A DNA stretch of 64,000 nt from Fimbriimonadaceae bacterium (lineage in GTDB: Bacteria > Armatimonadota > Fimbriimonadia > Fimbriimonadales > Fimbriimonadaceae): positions 12,818 through 76,817 of the forward strand of contig JBKBWO010000005.1 in assembly GCA_046314495.1 (NCBI GenBank), written 5' to 3'. Numbering within the stretch: position 1 is the stretch's first letter; each line of letters opens with the position of its first letter. Of the stretch, positions 27,501-37,300 are shown piece after piece. The notes under the pieces were generated by a model. It had not been told where the DNA came from and made no database searches. It saw only the letters and a program-made list of their open reading frames with translations. Both the position numbers and the translations under genes were made by a program.

Positions 27501-28565
27501 TTACCCCGCGCGGTGGTCTCTGAGTTTCGCGACCGCTTCGCAAACAACCTTTCCAAGAGCTTCGGTCGCTTCATCCGAATTGTACTTGCCGAACGAGAAT
27601 CGCACCGTCCCGCGCAGCAGTTCCTCAGGCAAGCCAAGTGCTGTGAGAACATGACTCGGCTCGGTTGACCTTGAAGAGCAGGCGGCACCGGCACTCACGG
27701 CAAAACCACGTGAATCGAGATCAATGACGAGTGACTCACCTTCGATACCTGCGAAACTGACGCTGAGGATGTACGCAGAGTTGGGCTCTCCGGCATTCAT
27801 TTTCCAGTCTTGAACTTGCGACAATGTCTCCAGAAACAGGTGCCGGCGCCGAATGGCATGGCGCAGATTGGTCTCAGTCTCAGCCAGGGCAATCTCTGAG
27901 GCGACCCCAGCAGCGACGATAGACGGCACATCGATAGTTCCGCCGCGCTTGCCAAGCTGCTGCTCTCCGCCCAAGATGAATGGCTCGACGGTGTACGGGT
28001 TGCGAGCGTATAGCGCGCCGATCCCCTTCGGTCCATAGAGCTTGTGAAAGCTGAAGAAGGCGAACTCGCAATCAACAACAGAGCAGGGAAGCTTGCCAAC
28101 CTGTTGTGTAAGGTCCCGTGCAAGGAGTCCAGCGTCGGCTGGCGGCTCGATCATCGCTCCGGTCTCGTTGTTCACCGTCATGACGGCATACAGATCGTAG
28201 GAGGAACTAGCCGGAAGCAGGTTAAACCCTTCATTCTCGAGGGTCGCCGCTCCGTGCAGCAAAGCTGGCTCGCGGACGGCGCTGTGTTCAAAGGGCGATA
28301 TCGCAACTGATTTTGTCTGCGAGAGCACCCAGTTGGCAGCTTCCGTAGCCCCAGAAGTAAAGAAGATCTGCTCGGGTGACTCCGCGCCGATCAAGGCAGC
28401 GACGTGCCGCTGGGCTTCTCGGACAGCATCCATCGCTTCAAGACCCGGCGAGTGCTGCGAGTTTGGGTTGGCAAAGAAGCGCTCGGCTGCCTGGGTATAA
28501 GCCTCAAGAACTCGCGGGTCGACTGGTGTCGTCGCTGCGTTATCGAAGTAGCGGGTGCGGTCCAC
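27501..28565 (-). CDS. Cysteine desulfurase (class V aminotransferase, NifS/IscS-like), short form
   Basis: YFDNAATTP, PLP lysine in FSFHKLYGPKG, catalytic Cys loop SAGAACSS. Confidence 0.85.
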   Translation of the reverse strand: MDRTRYFDNAATTPVDPRVLEAYTQAAERFFANPNSQHSPGLEAMDAVREAQRHVAALIGAESPEQIFFTSGATEAANWVLSQTKSVAISPFEHSAVREPALLHGAATLENEGFNLLPASSSYDLYAVMTVNNETGAMIEPPADAGLLARDLTQQVGKLPCSVVDCEFAFFSFHKLYGPKGIGALYARNPYTVEPFILGGEQQLGKRGGTIDVPSIVAAGVASEIALAETETNLRHAIRRRHLFLETLSQVQDWKMNAGEPNSAYILSVSFAGIEGESLVIDLDSRGFAVSAGAACSSRSTEPSHVLTALGLPEELLRGTVRFSFGKYNSDEATEALGKVVCEAVAKLRDHRAG

Positions 28566-28570
28566 CTGCT

Positions 28571-29443
28571 CTAGGCACTCAAAGCTTGCCGCGTCAACTC
28601 AGGAATCTCGTTGGTCTTGTCAGCAATCGGGACGCCCGCCGAAGTGAGCGCGTCCACCTTGCTTTGAGGTGTTCCTGTGTTGCCCGAAATAATGGCTCCA
28701 GCGTGGCCCATGCGCTTGCCAGGAGGTGCCGTTCTTCCGGAGATGAACGAGACGACCGGTTTTGTCATGGTCTTGATGAACTCGGCGGCTGCTTCCTCAT
28801 CCGAACCACCGATTTCTCCGACCATAACTACTGCTTTGGTCTCTGGGTCTGCTTCGAATGCCTCAAGTGCGTCGATGAAGCGAGTCCCAGGCGTCGGGTC
28901 TCCACCAATTCCTACACAGGTGGTTTGCCCAAGCCCTGCGCGGGTCAGCTCCCAAACGATTTCGTAGGTTAAGGTGCCAGATCGGCTGACCATGCCGACA
29001 GGCCCGGGAGTGAAAATATGGCCCGGCATGATGCCCATCTTGCACTGTCCCGGAGTGATGATTCCTGGGCAGTTTCCACCAAGCAGGCGCATAGTGCCGT
29101 TGTCCTTCACCCGATTGACCACCTTGACCATATCTTGGAAAGGAACCCCCTCAGTGATGAGCGCGGAGAACCGGATTCCTGCCGATTCACACTCGATGAC
29201 CGAGTCCGCCGCAAACGGAGGAGGAACGAAGATTACAGCGGCATCTGCATTGGTTGCGGCAACGGCTTCTTCAACCGAGTCGAATATCGGCCGGTCGAGG
29301 TGGGTGGTTCCCCCTTTTCCTGGTGTAACGCCACCTACGATATTGGTTCCATACTGGATCATCTGTTCCGTGTGGAAGCTGCCCTCGCGGCCTGTCATGC
29401 CGCAGACAATGACGCGCGTGTCTCGATCTACATAAATCGCCAT
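28571..29443 (-). CDS. sucD: Succinyl-CoA synthetase, alpha subunit
   Basis: CoA-binding [21 protein letters not shown], and phosphohistidine loop [10 protein letters not shown]. The start is trimmed to ATG 29443 ([11 protein letters not shown]). Confidence 0.93.
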   Translation of the reverse strand: MAIYVDRDTRVIVCGMTGREGSFHTEQMIQYGTNIVGGVTPGKGGTTHLDRPIFDSVEEAVAATNADAAVIFVPPPFAADSVIECESAGIRFSALITEGVPFQDMVKVVNRVKDNGTMRLLGGNCPGIITPGQCKMGIMPGHIFTPGPVGMVSRSGTLTYEIVWELTRAGLGQTTCVGIGGDPTPGTRFIDALEAFEADPETKAVVMVGEIGGSDEEAAAEFIKTMTKPVVSFISGRTAPPGKRMGHAGAIISGNTGTPQSKVDALTSAGVPIADKTNEIPELTRQALSA

Positions 29444-29536
29444 AAGTGTAGGAAGGTGGTCGAAGCCGCAGAACAGGATACCGATCTGAGACGTCAGATT
29501 TGGCGTACCGTGGTCGCAAGCGGTATAACGGTGATC

Positions 29537-30112
29537 ATGGGAAGGTCCAAATCTGGCGTTCGATACGCCGAGCACGAGGTCGAATGCCCGGACTTTCGGG
29601 TCCAGGTCCTGTTGGATCTAGACGGTGGCGCCAGGGCGGACATCTCCACCGGAGTCCCTTTTCTCGATCACCTGCTTCGTGAGTTTGCTGGAGGGGGCGA
29701 TTTTAATCTTGGCTTGAGCGTAGAAGGGTCTTCGCTGCCGGACGAAGTTCCATTGCTTGAAGCGGTGGGTCTTGGGATTGGCCACGCTTTTCGAAAGAGC
29801 TTTTCAGGCGAATACGTAAAGAGCATGGGCTCGATGGGCCACGGAGCGAGCCAGGACGCGCTCGTTCTTTGCACCCTCGACTTGAACATGGTTTCGTACT
29901 TCGATGCCGATGAAGACCTGGGGCTAGAAGGAAGCGCGAACGGAATGAACTTGCGCTATCTTTGCCGTCTCTTCGATTGCTTCTGCAAGGGAAGCCTATC
30001 AACAGCCCACCTCGTCTTTCTGAAGGGAACAGAGCCGCGCGAGGTTGCGATTGCGTCAATGATTGCTCTGGGCAGGGCGATTACGGCAGCCTCCGAGGGG
30101 CGAACGAATTGA
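29537..30112 (+). CDS. Imidazoleglycerol-phosphate dehydratase (HisB/IGPD)-like protein with degenerate metal-binding motifs
   Basis: [23 protein letters not shown] and ...MIALGRAI align without gaps to the IGPD pattern. Both D-x-H-H-x-x-E motifs are changed (DEVPLLE; EPREVAI). The portion of ORF 29018..30112 upstream of ATG 29537 is antisense to sucD. Confidence 0.6.
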   Translation: MGRSKSGVRYAEHEVECPDFRVQVLLDLDGGARADISTGVPFLDHLLREFAGGGDFNLGLSVEGSSLPDEVPLLEAVGLGIGHAFRKSFSGEYVKSMGSMGHGASQDALVLCTLDLNMVSYFDADEDLGLEGSANGMNLRYLCRLFDCFCKGSLSTAHLVFLKGTEPREVAIASMIALGRAITAASEGRTN

Positions 30113-30138
30113 CCTTTTGATGTCATTGGGCGTATAAT
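30109..30138 (+). promoter_or_regulatory. Sigma-70-type promoter upstream of rpoB
   Basis: TTGACC - 18 bp - TATAAT in an AT-rich spacer, about 125 nt upstream of the rpoB ATG. The -35 element overlaps the stop codon of the preceding gene. Confidence 0.6.
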
Positions 30139-30264
30139 AACTAGACAGCGAGCACTTATCCTGAGAAAAATTTCTCCAGACGGCGAAAAAAACTGAAAAA
30201 CGACGAATCGCCCGCATTTTGCGGGTACAATTATCTTTTGCCCAAACCCTGCCCGGAGGCGTGA

Positions 30265-33200
30265 ATGAGAGTAATTCAGCCCTCCTCTAAGCGAATCGGA
30301 CGATTCCTAGAGGTGCCGAATCTAATTGAACTACAAAAAAACAGCTATCGATGGTTTCTGGAAGAAGGTCTGCCCGAACTTTTCCAAACCTTTTCACCAA
30401 TATACGATTTTACAGGTCAAAATTTCCTAGAGTTCGTCAGTTTCTACCTGAGCGAACCGAAGCACACGATCACAGAGTGTCGTGAGCGGGACTTGACCTA
30501 CGAAGCGCCGATCCGTGCGGTAATCCGCATCGGCGTCAAAGGTGGGGAAGTTACAGAAACCGAGCTCTATCTCGGCGATTTGCCGCTGATGACAGACCTC
30601 GGAACCTTCGTGATCAACGGTAAGGAGCGCGTGGTGGTAAGCCAGCTCAGCCGTTCACCTGGCGTTTATTTTGAAGAAGGTGTCGATACGAACATGCAGT
30701 TCGTCGTCTCTGCCCGGATCATTCCTATGGAAGGAACTTGGCTCGACCTTGAGTCAGACGCGAACCTGGTTGTGCGCACCCAGGTCAAGCAGCAGAAGAA
30801 ATTCACCATCACCGAGCTGATCAAGGTGTTCCACGCGTTTGAGCGTGGTCGCGCCCAGATGCCAGTTCCGGTTCGAGCCAGCCACAAGCGTCGCATCCTT
30901 GAGCCGATTGCTGACCCCGATACGGGCGAAGTTCTGGTTGAGGCGAAGACAGTCCTCTCCAAGGATATCATGGAATCGCTCCCTGAGAGCGTGATGGACC
31001 TGATGGTCAAGTCCGAAATGCCGCTTCGGTCGAACGAAGAGATGTATTTCACGTTCGGCGAAGAGATCACACTTGAAGAGATCGACCCAGAAGCGATTGA
31101 AGGGATGCGGCTTGATCAGGACGTGGAAGACGTGAAGGGCAAAGCTGTTGCCAAGCGGTTTGATGTAATCGATGCTCCACTCGCCAAGAAGCTCGCTTCA
31201 ATGGAGCTGAAGAAGCTCAAGGTGCTCAAGGTGCTCTCGGTAATCGAGGCGACCCTCAAGGAAGACCCGACTACCAGCAGCGACCAGGCACTACTTGACT
31301 TTTACAAGAAGCTGAAGCCAGGCGAGACCGCAACTCCCGAAGCGGCTCGAAGCTTGGTCTACAACCAGTTCTTCGAGATCAAGAACTACGACTTGGGCAA
31401 GGTCGGCAGAAGGTTCATGAACCAGAAGCTGGGCCTCTATGTCGATATCAACACTCGAAACCTCACTTCCGAGGACCTGGCGAACACCATCATCAAGATG
31501 GTGCCGTACCTCGAAAAGGATGCAGACCGAGATGACATCGACGATCTAAAGAACAAGCGTGTCCGATCAGTTGGAGAGCTTCTTCAGGCACATCTGCGAA
31601 CAGGCTTCGTCCGAATGGAGAAGGTCGCCAAGGAGAAGATGACCAGCTCCGAAGAGGAGAACATGAAGCAGGGCATCCTGACTGCGGTCAAGCCGATCAA
31701 CGGCGCGATCAAGGGCTTCTTCAACGGCAACCAGTTGAGCGTCTTTATGGATCAAACCAATCCGCTCAGCGAGTTGGTCAACAAGCGACGATTGAGCAGC
31801 ATGGGTCCTGGCGGTCTTCAAAAGAACAACGCCAAGTTGGAAGTCCGAGACGTGCACCGTTCTCACTACGGACGGATCTGCCCGATCGAGACGCCAGAAG
31901 GTCAGAACATCGGTCTGATCTCTCAGCTAACCATCCACGCGAGAGTTGACGAGTTTGGGTTTATACAGACTCCATACCGCCGAGTAAAGGACGGTTACGT
32001 TACAGACGAAATCGTCTACCTGACGGCTCAGGAAGAGTCGGGAATGCTGGTTGCTCCGGCAGACACCAAAACTGACGAGAACGGACTGATTGTCGAAGAG
32101 CTCTTGCAGGTTCGAGCGGCTGGTGGTGACATTGGCGGAGAGTCGTACCCCACAAGGCCTCGAACTTCGGTGAACCTGATGGACGTGTCCCCAGTTCAGA
32201 TTGTTTCTGCTGCCACAGCGCTGATTCCATTCCTCGAGAACGACGACGCGAACCGGGCGCTCATGGGCGCAAACATGCAGCGGCAAGCAGTTCCCCTTGT
32301 TCGGTCAGAAAGACCGTATGTTGGCACAGGCTACGAGCGCGTGATCGCGGTCGATAGCGGAGCAGCAATCGTCGCTCACAGAAGCGGTCTCGTGGAGAAC
32401 GTCACGAGTCTTGAAATCCAAGTTCGGGCAGACGAGGATGGAGGGCTGGACATTTATCCACTGCAACATATGATGCAGTCGAATAAGTCGACCAGCTTCA
32501 CCCAGCGACCCGTCATCGAACTTGGTCAACGGGTGCTAAAGGGCGACCCACTTGCTGACGGTGCTTGTGTGGACGATGGCGGCGTAGCGCTGGGCAGAAA
32601 TATCCTCGTCGCGTTTATGCCGTGGGGTGGCTACAACTACGAAGACGCCATCTTACTCAGCGAGCGGCTGGTAAAGGACGACGTTTACACCTCGATCCAT
32701 ATCGACAACCACGAAACAGAGGCGGTCGACACCAAGCTTGGACAGGACGAAATCACCCGCGATATTCCCAATATTGCGGAAGAAGCACTCCGAAACCTGG
32801 ATGAGAACGGAATTGTTCGAATCGGTGCAGAAGTTCGAACAGGAGACATCTTGGTCGGAAAGGTCACCCCGAAGGGTCAGGTCGAGCAGTCTGCGGAAGA
32901 GCGACTCATCATCGCCATCTTCGGTAAGAAGGCAGAAGAGACGCGCGACGTCTCGCTCAAGCTGCCGCACGGAGAGAAGGGAACGGTCGTTGGCGTTAAC
33001 GTCTACAGCCGGTTTAAGTACCTCAGTCCGTCGATTAACAAGGTCTACATGGAGTCCAAGAAGCGAGATCGGCTCGAGTGCGACAGTACGGGGGAGCCTC
33101 TCCAGCAACTTCCACCAGATGATCTCCAAACCGGAAAGAACATGCGTGTTCAGGTGCACATTGCCCAGAAGCGCAAGTTGATGGTGGGAGACAAGATGGC

Positions 33201-34284
33201 AGGCCGACACGGAAACAAGGGGGTCATTTCGAAGATCCTTCCGGTGGAAGATATGCCGTTCCTGATGGACGGTACTCCGGTCGACATCGTGCTCAACCCG
33301 CTCGGTGTTCCGAGCCGAATGAACATCGGTCAGATTCTGGAGACCCACCTAGGCTATGCAGGCAAGCACCTTGGGGTGCGGTATCACTGCCCGGCATTCG
33401 AGGGAGCAACTGAGACAGAAGTACTCGCAGAGATGGACCGCCTTGCCCGCAAGTTCCGTCAGGAAGCCTTGTTGGCATACGCCAACTCTGAACTGGCACT
33501 TGGGCTGGAACTCGAACCTGAAGACGAAGTCGATGCGATGTTCGGCAAGCTCGAGGATCGACTGAAGACTCTCGGCGAGCAGGGCTTGGAGAGAATTGCA
33601 CGAATTGTCGCAGCACCTCCAGTCAAGCAGACTGGTGACCTGGTCAATCAGTCCGCAGATAACTTCTCCACTGAACCTGATCAGTTCGATGAGAAGCCGT
33701 TCAAGGCTCCGAAAGAGGTTTATGCGCAGATTATCGAACGGATCAAGGACAACGTGTTCAACCGCGCTGGTCTGAATCCCCAAACTTGCAAGTCGACCAT
33801 TCGAGATGGACTCACAGGCGATCAACTGCCTAACCCCATTACTGTCGGAATCATTTACATGCTGAAATTGGAGCACTTGGTGGACGAGAAGATCCACGCG
33901 CGCTCCACTGGCCCGTACAGCTTGGTTACCCAGCAGCCGCTGGGAGGAAAGGCGATGTTCGGTGGACAGCGTTTCGGAGAGATGGAAGTCTGGGCGCTCG
34001 AAGCTTATGGCGCAGCCCATACGTTGCAAGAGCTGCTCACTATCAAATCGGATGACGTCAACGGCCGAATGAAGGCTTACGAGTCGATCGTTCGTGGCGA
34101 GCCGATCTCCGATCCGGGAATTCCGGAGTCGTTCAAGATTCTCGTCAACGAGCTTCGTTCGCTGGGCTTGAAGGTGATTGTGAGCGTTCCGGGTTCTGGC
34201 GAGAAGGCTCTCGATGACCTCGAGCAGCTCACACCGCCGGAAGACAACCGGATGAGACGGGCTTTCAGCTTCAGCAACAACTAG
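30265..34284 (+). CDS. rpoB: DNA-directed RNA polymerase subunit beta
   Basis: GGAGG SD. Universal motifs are present (GDKMAGRHGNKGVISKI, LGVPSRMNIGQ, GGQRFGEMEVWALEAYGA). 1339 aa. Confidence 0.98.
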   Translation: MRVIQPSSKRIGRFLEVPNLIELQKNSYRWFLEEGLPELFQTFSPIYDFTGQNFLEFVSFYLSEPKHTITECRERDLTYEAPIRAVIRIGVKGGEVTETELYLGDLPLMTDLGTFVINGKERVVVSQLSRSPGVYFEEGVDTNMQFVVSARIIPMEGTWLDLESDANLVVRTQVKQQKKFTITELIKVFHAFERGRAQMPVPVRASHKRRILEPIADPDTGEVLVEAKTVLSKDIMESLPESVMDLMVKSEMPLRSNEEMYFTFGEEITLEEIDPEAIEGMRLDQDVEDVKGKAVAKRFDVIDAPLAKKLASMELKKLKVLKVLSVIEATLKEDPTTSSDQALLDFYKKLKPGETATPEAARSLVYNQFFEIKNYDLGKVGRRFMNQKLGLYVDINTRNLTSEDLANTIIKMVPYLEKDADRDDIDDLKNKRVRSVGELLQAHLRTGFVRMEKVAKEKMTSSEEENMKQGILTAVKPINGAIKGFFNGNQLSVFMDQTNPLSELVNKRRLSSMGPGGLQKNNAKLEVRDVHRSHYGRICPIETPEGQNIGLISQLTIHARVDEFGFIQTPYRRVKDGYVTDEIVYLTAQEESGMLVAPADTKTDENGLIVEELLQVRAAGGDIGGESYPTRPRTSVNLMDVSPVQIVSAATALIPFLENDDANRALMGANMQRQAVPLVRSERPYVGTGYERVIAVDSGAAIVAHRSGLVENVTSLEIQVRADEDGGLDIYPLQHMMQSNKSTSFTQRPVIELGQRVLKGDPLADGACVDDGGVALGRNILVAFMPWGGYNYEDAILLSERLVKDDVYTSIHIDNHETEAVDTKLGQDEITRDIPNIAEEALRNLDENGIVRIGAEVRTGDILVGKVTPKGQVEQSAEERLIIAIFGKKAEETRDVSLKLPHGEKGTVVGVNVYSRFKYLSPSINKVYMESKKRDRLECDSTGEPLQQLPPDDLQTGKNMRVQVHIAQKRKLMVGDKMAGRHGNKGVISKILPVEDMPFLMDGTPVDIVLNPLGVPSRMNIGQILETHLGYAGKHLGVRYHCPAFEGATETEVLAEMDRLARKFRQEALLAYANSELALGLELEPEDEVDAMFGKLEDRLKTLGEQGLERIARIVAAPPVKQTGDLVNQSADNFSTEPDQFDEKPFKAPKEVYAQIIERIKDNVFNRAGLNPQTCKSTIRDGLTGDQLPNPITVGIIYMLKLEHLVDEKIHARSTGPYSLVTQQPLGGKAMFGGQRFGEMEVWALEAYGAAHTLQELLTIKSDDVNGRMKAYESIVRGEPISDPGIPESFKILVNELRSLGLKVIVSVPGSGEKALDDLEQLTPPEDNRMRRAFSFSNN

Positions 34285-34364
34285 GCACTCTGCCCGGAAC
34301 CCTCTAACGATGGCTCCGGGCAGCAACAAAACACTATTCGGTCCTCACAAAACAAAAACAATTC

Positions 34365-37300
34365 ATGGCAACCAACAACTTCGATACGGAACTGGAACAG
34401 ACGGGAGAGCGCGGCAAAAGAGAAAACAAAGCGCACGTGAAGGATTTCGACGCGATCCGCGTCGGCATTGCCTCACCTGAAGACATCCGGAAGTGGTCCA
34501 AAGGAGAGGTCAAGAAGCCCGAGACGATCAACTACCGAACCTTCAAGCCAGAGCGCGACGGGCTCTTCTGCGAGAAGATCTTCGGACCGGTCAAGAAGTA
34601 CGAATGTGCTTGCGGTCGGTACAAGAAGGAGAAGTTCAAAGGAGTTGTCTGCGAGCGCTGCGGTGTTGAAGTCGCTGATTCGAAGGTTCGCCGAGAGCGG
34701 ATGGGTCACATTGAGCTCGCTGCTCCCGTTGCGCACATTTGGTATCTAAAGGGCAGCCCTTCTCCGATTTCCCAGATTCTCGACATTGGGCACAAGAACC
34801 TTGAAAAGGTCGCCTATTTCTCAGCTTTCATTTGCATCGATATCGACCGCGACCGAGTTGAGGAGATGCTCCCTGAAATTCGGCAGACGATCGAAGAGAT
34901 CAAGTTCAGCCGCCAACGCGAAATGCTAGAGCTCGAGATGGACGCTCTCGAAGCACTCCGCGAAGAGCTGACCCAAAATGCAGACGTCATCGACGATGCA
35001 TTTGCCAAAGAGCGAGTCAAGTTGGTTCACGACCGAATTCGGGCAGAGCACCGAGACGCAGACGACGAGCTCAAGGATCTCGACATCGCGATCGAGACCC
35101 TAGCAAGATTGCAGCGTTTCGAGCTCATCGAAGAAGACAAGAATCGTGCGCTGGTTAAGATGCTTCGCCTTGTGCGCGAAGCCTGGTCGCAGCTCAGCAA
35201 GCCGAAAGAACTCGATGTCGAATCGATGGTTAAGATCGATACCGGCGCAAAGGCAGTTCAAGAACTTCTCCGCACCGTCGACCTCGAGCGAAAGGCCCGG
35301 GAGCTTCGCCAGGAGGTTATTGTCACGACTAGCCAGCGGCGGCAGCGCGCCATAAAGCGGCTTGAGCTCATCGAGGCACTGATTCACTCAAAGAGCCGTC
35401 CCGAGTGGATGGTTTTGGATGTCATTCCGGTAATCAGCCCCGAGTTGCGCCCGATGGTTCAGCTGGACGGCGGCAGATTTGCTACGTCCGATCTCAACGA
35501 TCTCTATCGTCGGATCATCAACCGAAACAACCGGTTGAACAAGATCATCGAAATCCATGCTCCTGACAGCATCGTAAACCACGAGAAGCGGTTGCTCCAG
35601 GAAGCTGTGGATGCCCTTATCGACAACAAGCGCCGAGCGCGACCGGTAAAAGGCTCCAATCAGAAGGAACTGAAGTCGCTGAGCGACATGCTCAAGGGTA
35701 AAGAAGGGCGGTTCCGAAAGAACCTTCTCGGTAAGCGAGTCGACTACTCTGGTCGATCGGTTATCGTCATCGGTCCTCACCTCAAGCTTCACCAATGCGG
35801 TTTGCCGAAGGAAATGGCTCTTGAGCTGTTCAAGCCGTTCGTCATGCAGCAGCTCGTCGAGCAGAAGATGACTCAGAACATCAAAACGGCAAAGCGAATG
35901 GTCGATCGAATGCACCCGGCAGTTTGGGATGGCTTGGAGAAGGTCATCACAGAGCACCCAGTTTTGCTCAACCGTGCGCCGACGCTTCACCGCTTGAGTA
36001 TTCAGGCGTTCGAACCGATTTTGGTCGATGGAAAGGCGATTCAGGTTCACCCGCTGGTGTGCCACGCCTTCAACGCAGACTTCGATGGCGACCAAATGGC
36101 GGTTCACGTGCCTCTCAGCACAATTTCGCAGTCCGAAGCTCGGGTGCTGATGCTGTCGACGCAGAACCTGTTCTCGCCAGCTGATGGTCGTCCGACGGTT
36201 TCGCCGATTCAGGACATCGTTCTTGGCTCGTACGCGCTGACTTTTGTCGATAAGGCCGCAAAGGCGGCTTTGGAAGAGAAGATAGCACTGCACGAGAAGG
36301 ACCCCGAAAAGTATCCTGCGCCGCCTGTCTATAATTCGATCGACGAAGTTTTGTTCCTCCTAGAATCTCCAGCTCTTGGCGAACAGTTGAGGCTCAATAC
36401 TCCCGTCCGGGTTCGTATTCGGCGACCAATTTTCCGAAAGGATTCTGAGATTGACAAGCGCGATCCGATCACCGGCAAGGAGTACCTGCGAAAGGAAACC
36501 ATCGAAGAGCAGCCAGAAGAACTGATTGGGCTATTCGAGCCCAGCGCTATGGTGGAGTACGAAGAGCTGCCTCAAGAATTCGAGACGATCATTGCCACAA
36601 TGACTCCGGGTCAGCTGAAGCTGAATGAGGTCTTGCCGTATCCGCTGAAGTACAGCGACCACTTCCTGACCGTAGAACTCGGCAAGAAGGCGATTGCCGA
36701 TACTATTGTTCGCGCTCAGCGAGCAGTTGGCTTGGCAGCAACGGTCAAATTACTGGACGACCTGAAGGATCTCGGTTTCCGGTGGGCAACCAAGTACGGA
36801 ATATCCATCGCTATAACGGACATGGACCCACCTCAGCGCCGAGAAGAAATTCTTCAGGAAGCTGACCGACGCTCGGCAAGGGTAGCCCAGCAATTCCGCC
36901 GTGGAATGGTGACCTTTAACGAGATGCAGGCGCAGCTCATCAAGCTCTGGACGGAAACATACGACGAAATCGGTCGAGAGTTGACTACGGGATTGAAGCA
37001 GATGAACCCGCTCTCCATCATTACGGTCAGCGGTGCAAGAGGCTCGGTCAAGCAGTTGGCACAGCTTTCTGGAATGAGAGGGCTGATGTTCAACCAGTTC
37101 AACGAGGTTATCCACGAGTTGCCTGTCAAGAGCTCGTTCCATAAGGGACTGAGCATGATGGAGTATTTCGTAACGACCCACGGTGCTCGAAAGGGTCTTG
37201 CCGATACGGCGCTGCGAACGGCAGACGCCGGCTACCTAACCCGTAGGTTGGTAGACGTGGCGCAGGACGTCATGATTCGTGCAGATGACTGTGGGACACT

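Noticed and set aside
29018-29536. N-terminal 173 codons of the 364-aa ORF 29018..30112
   Set aside because: This part is antisense to the strongly supported sucD gene and has no protein-like pattern. IGPD homology begins only after ATG 29537.
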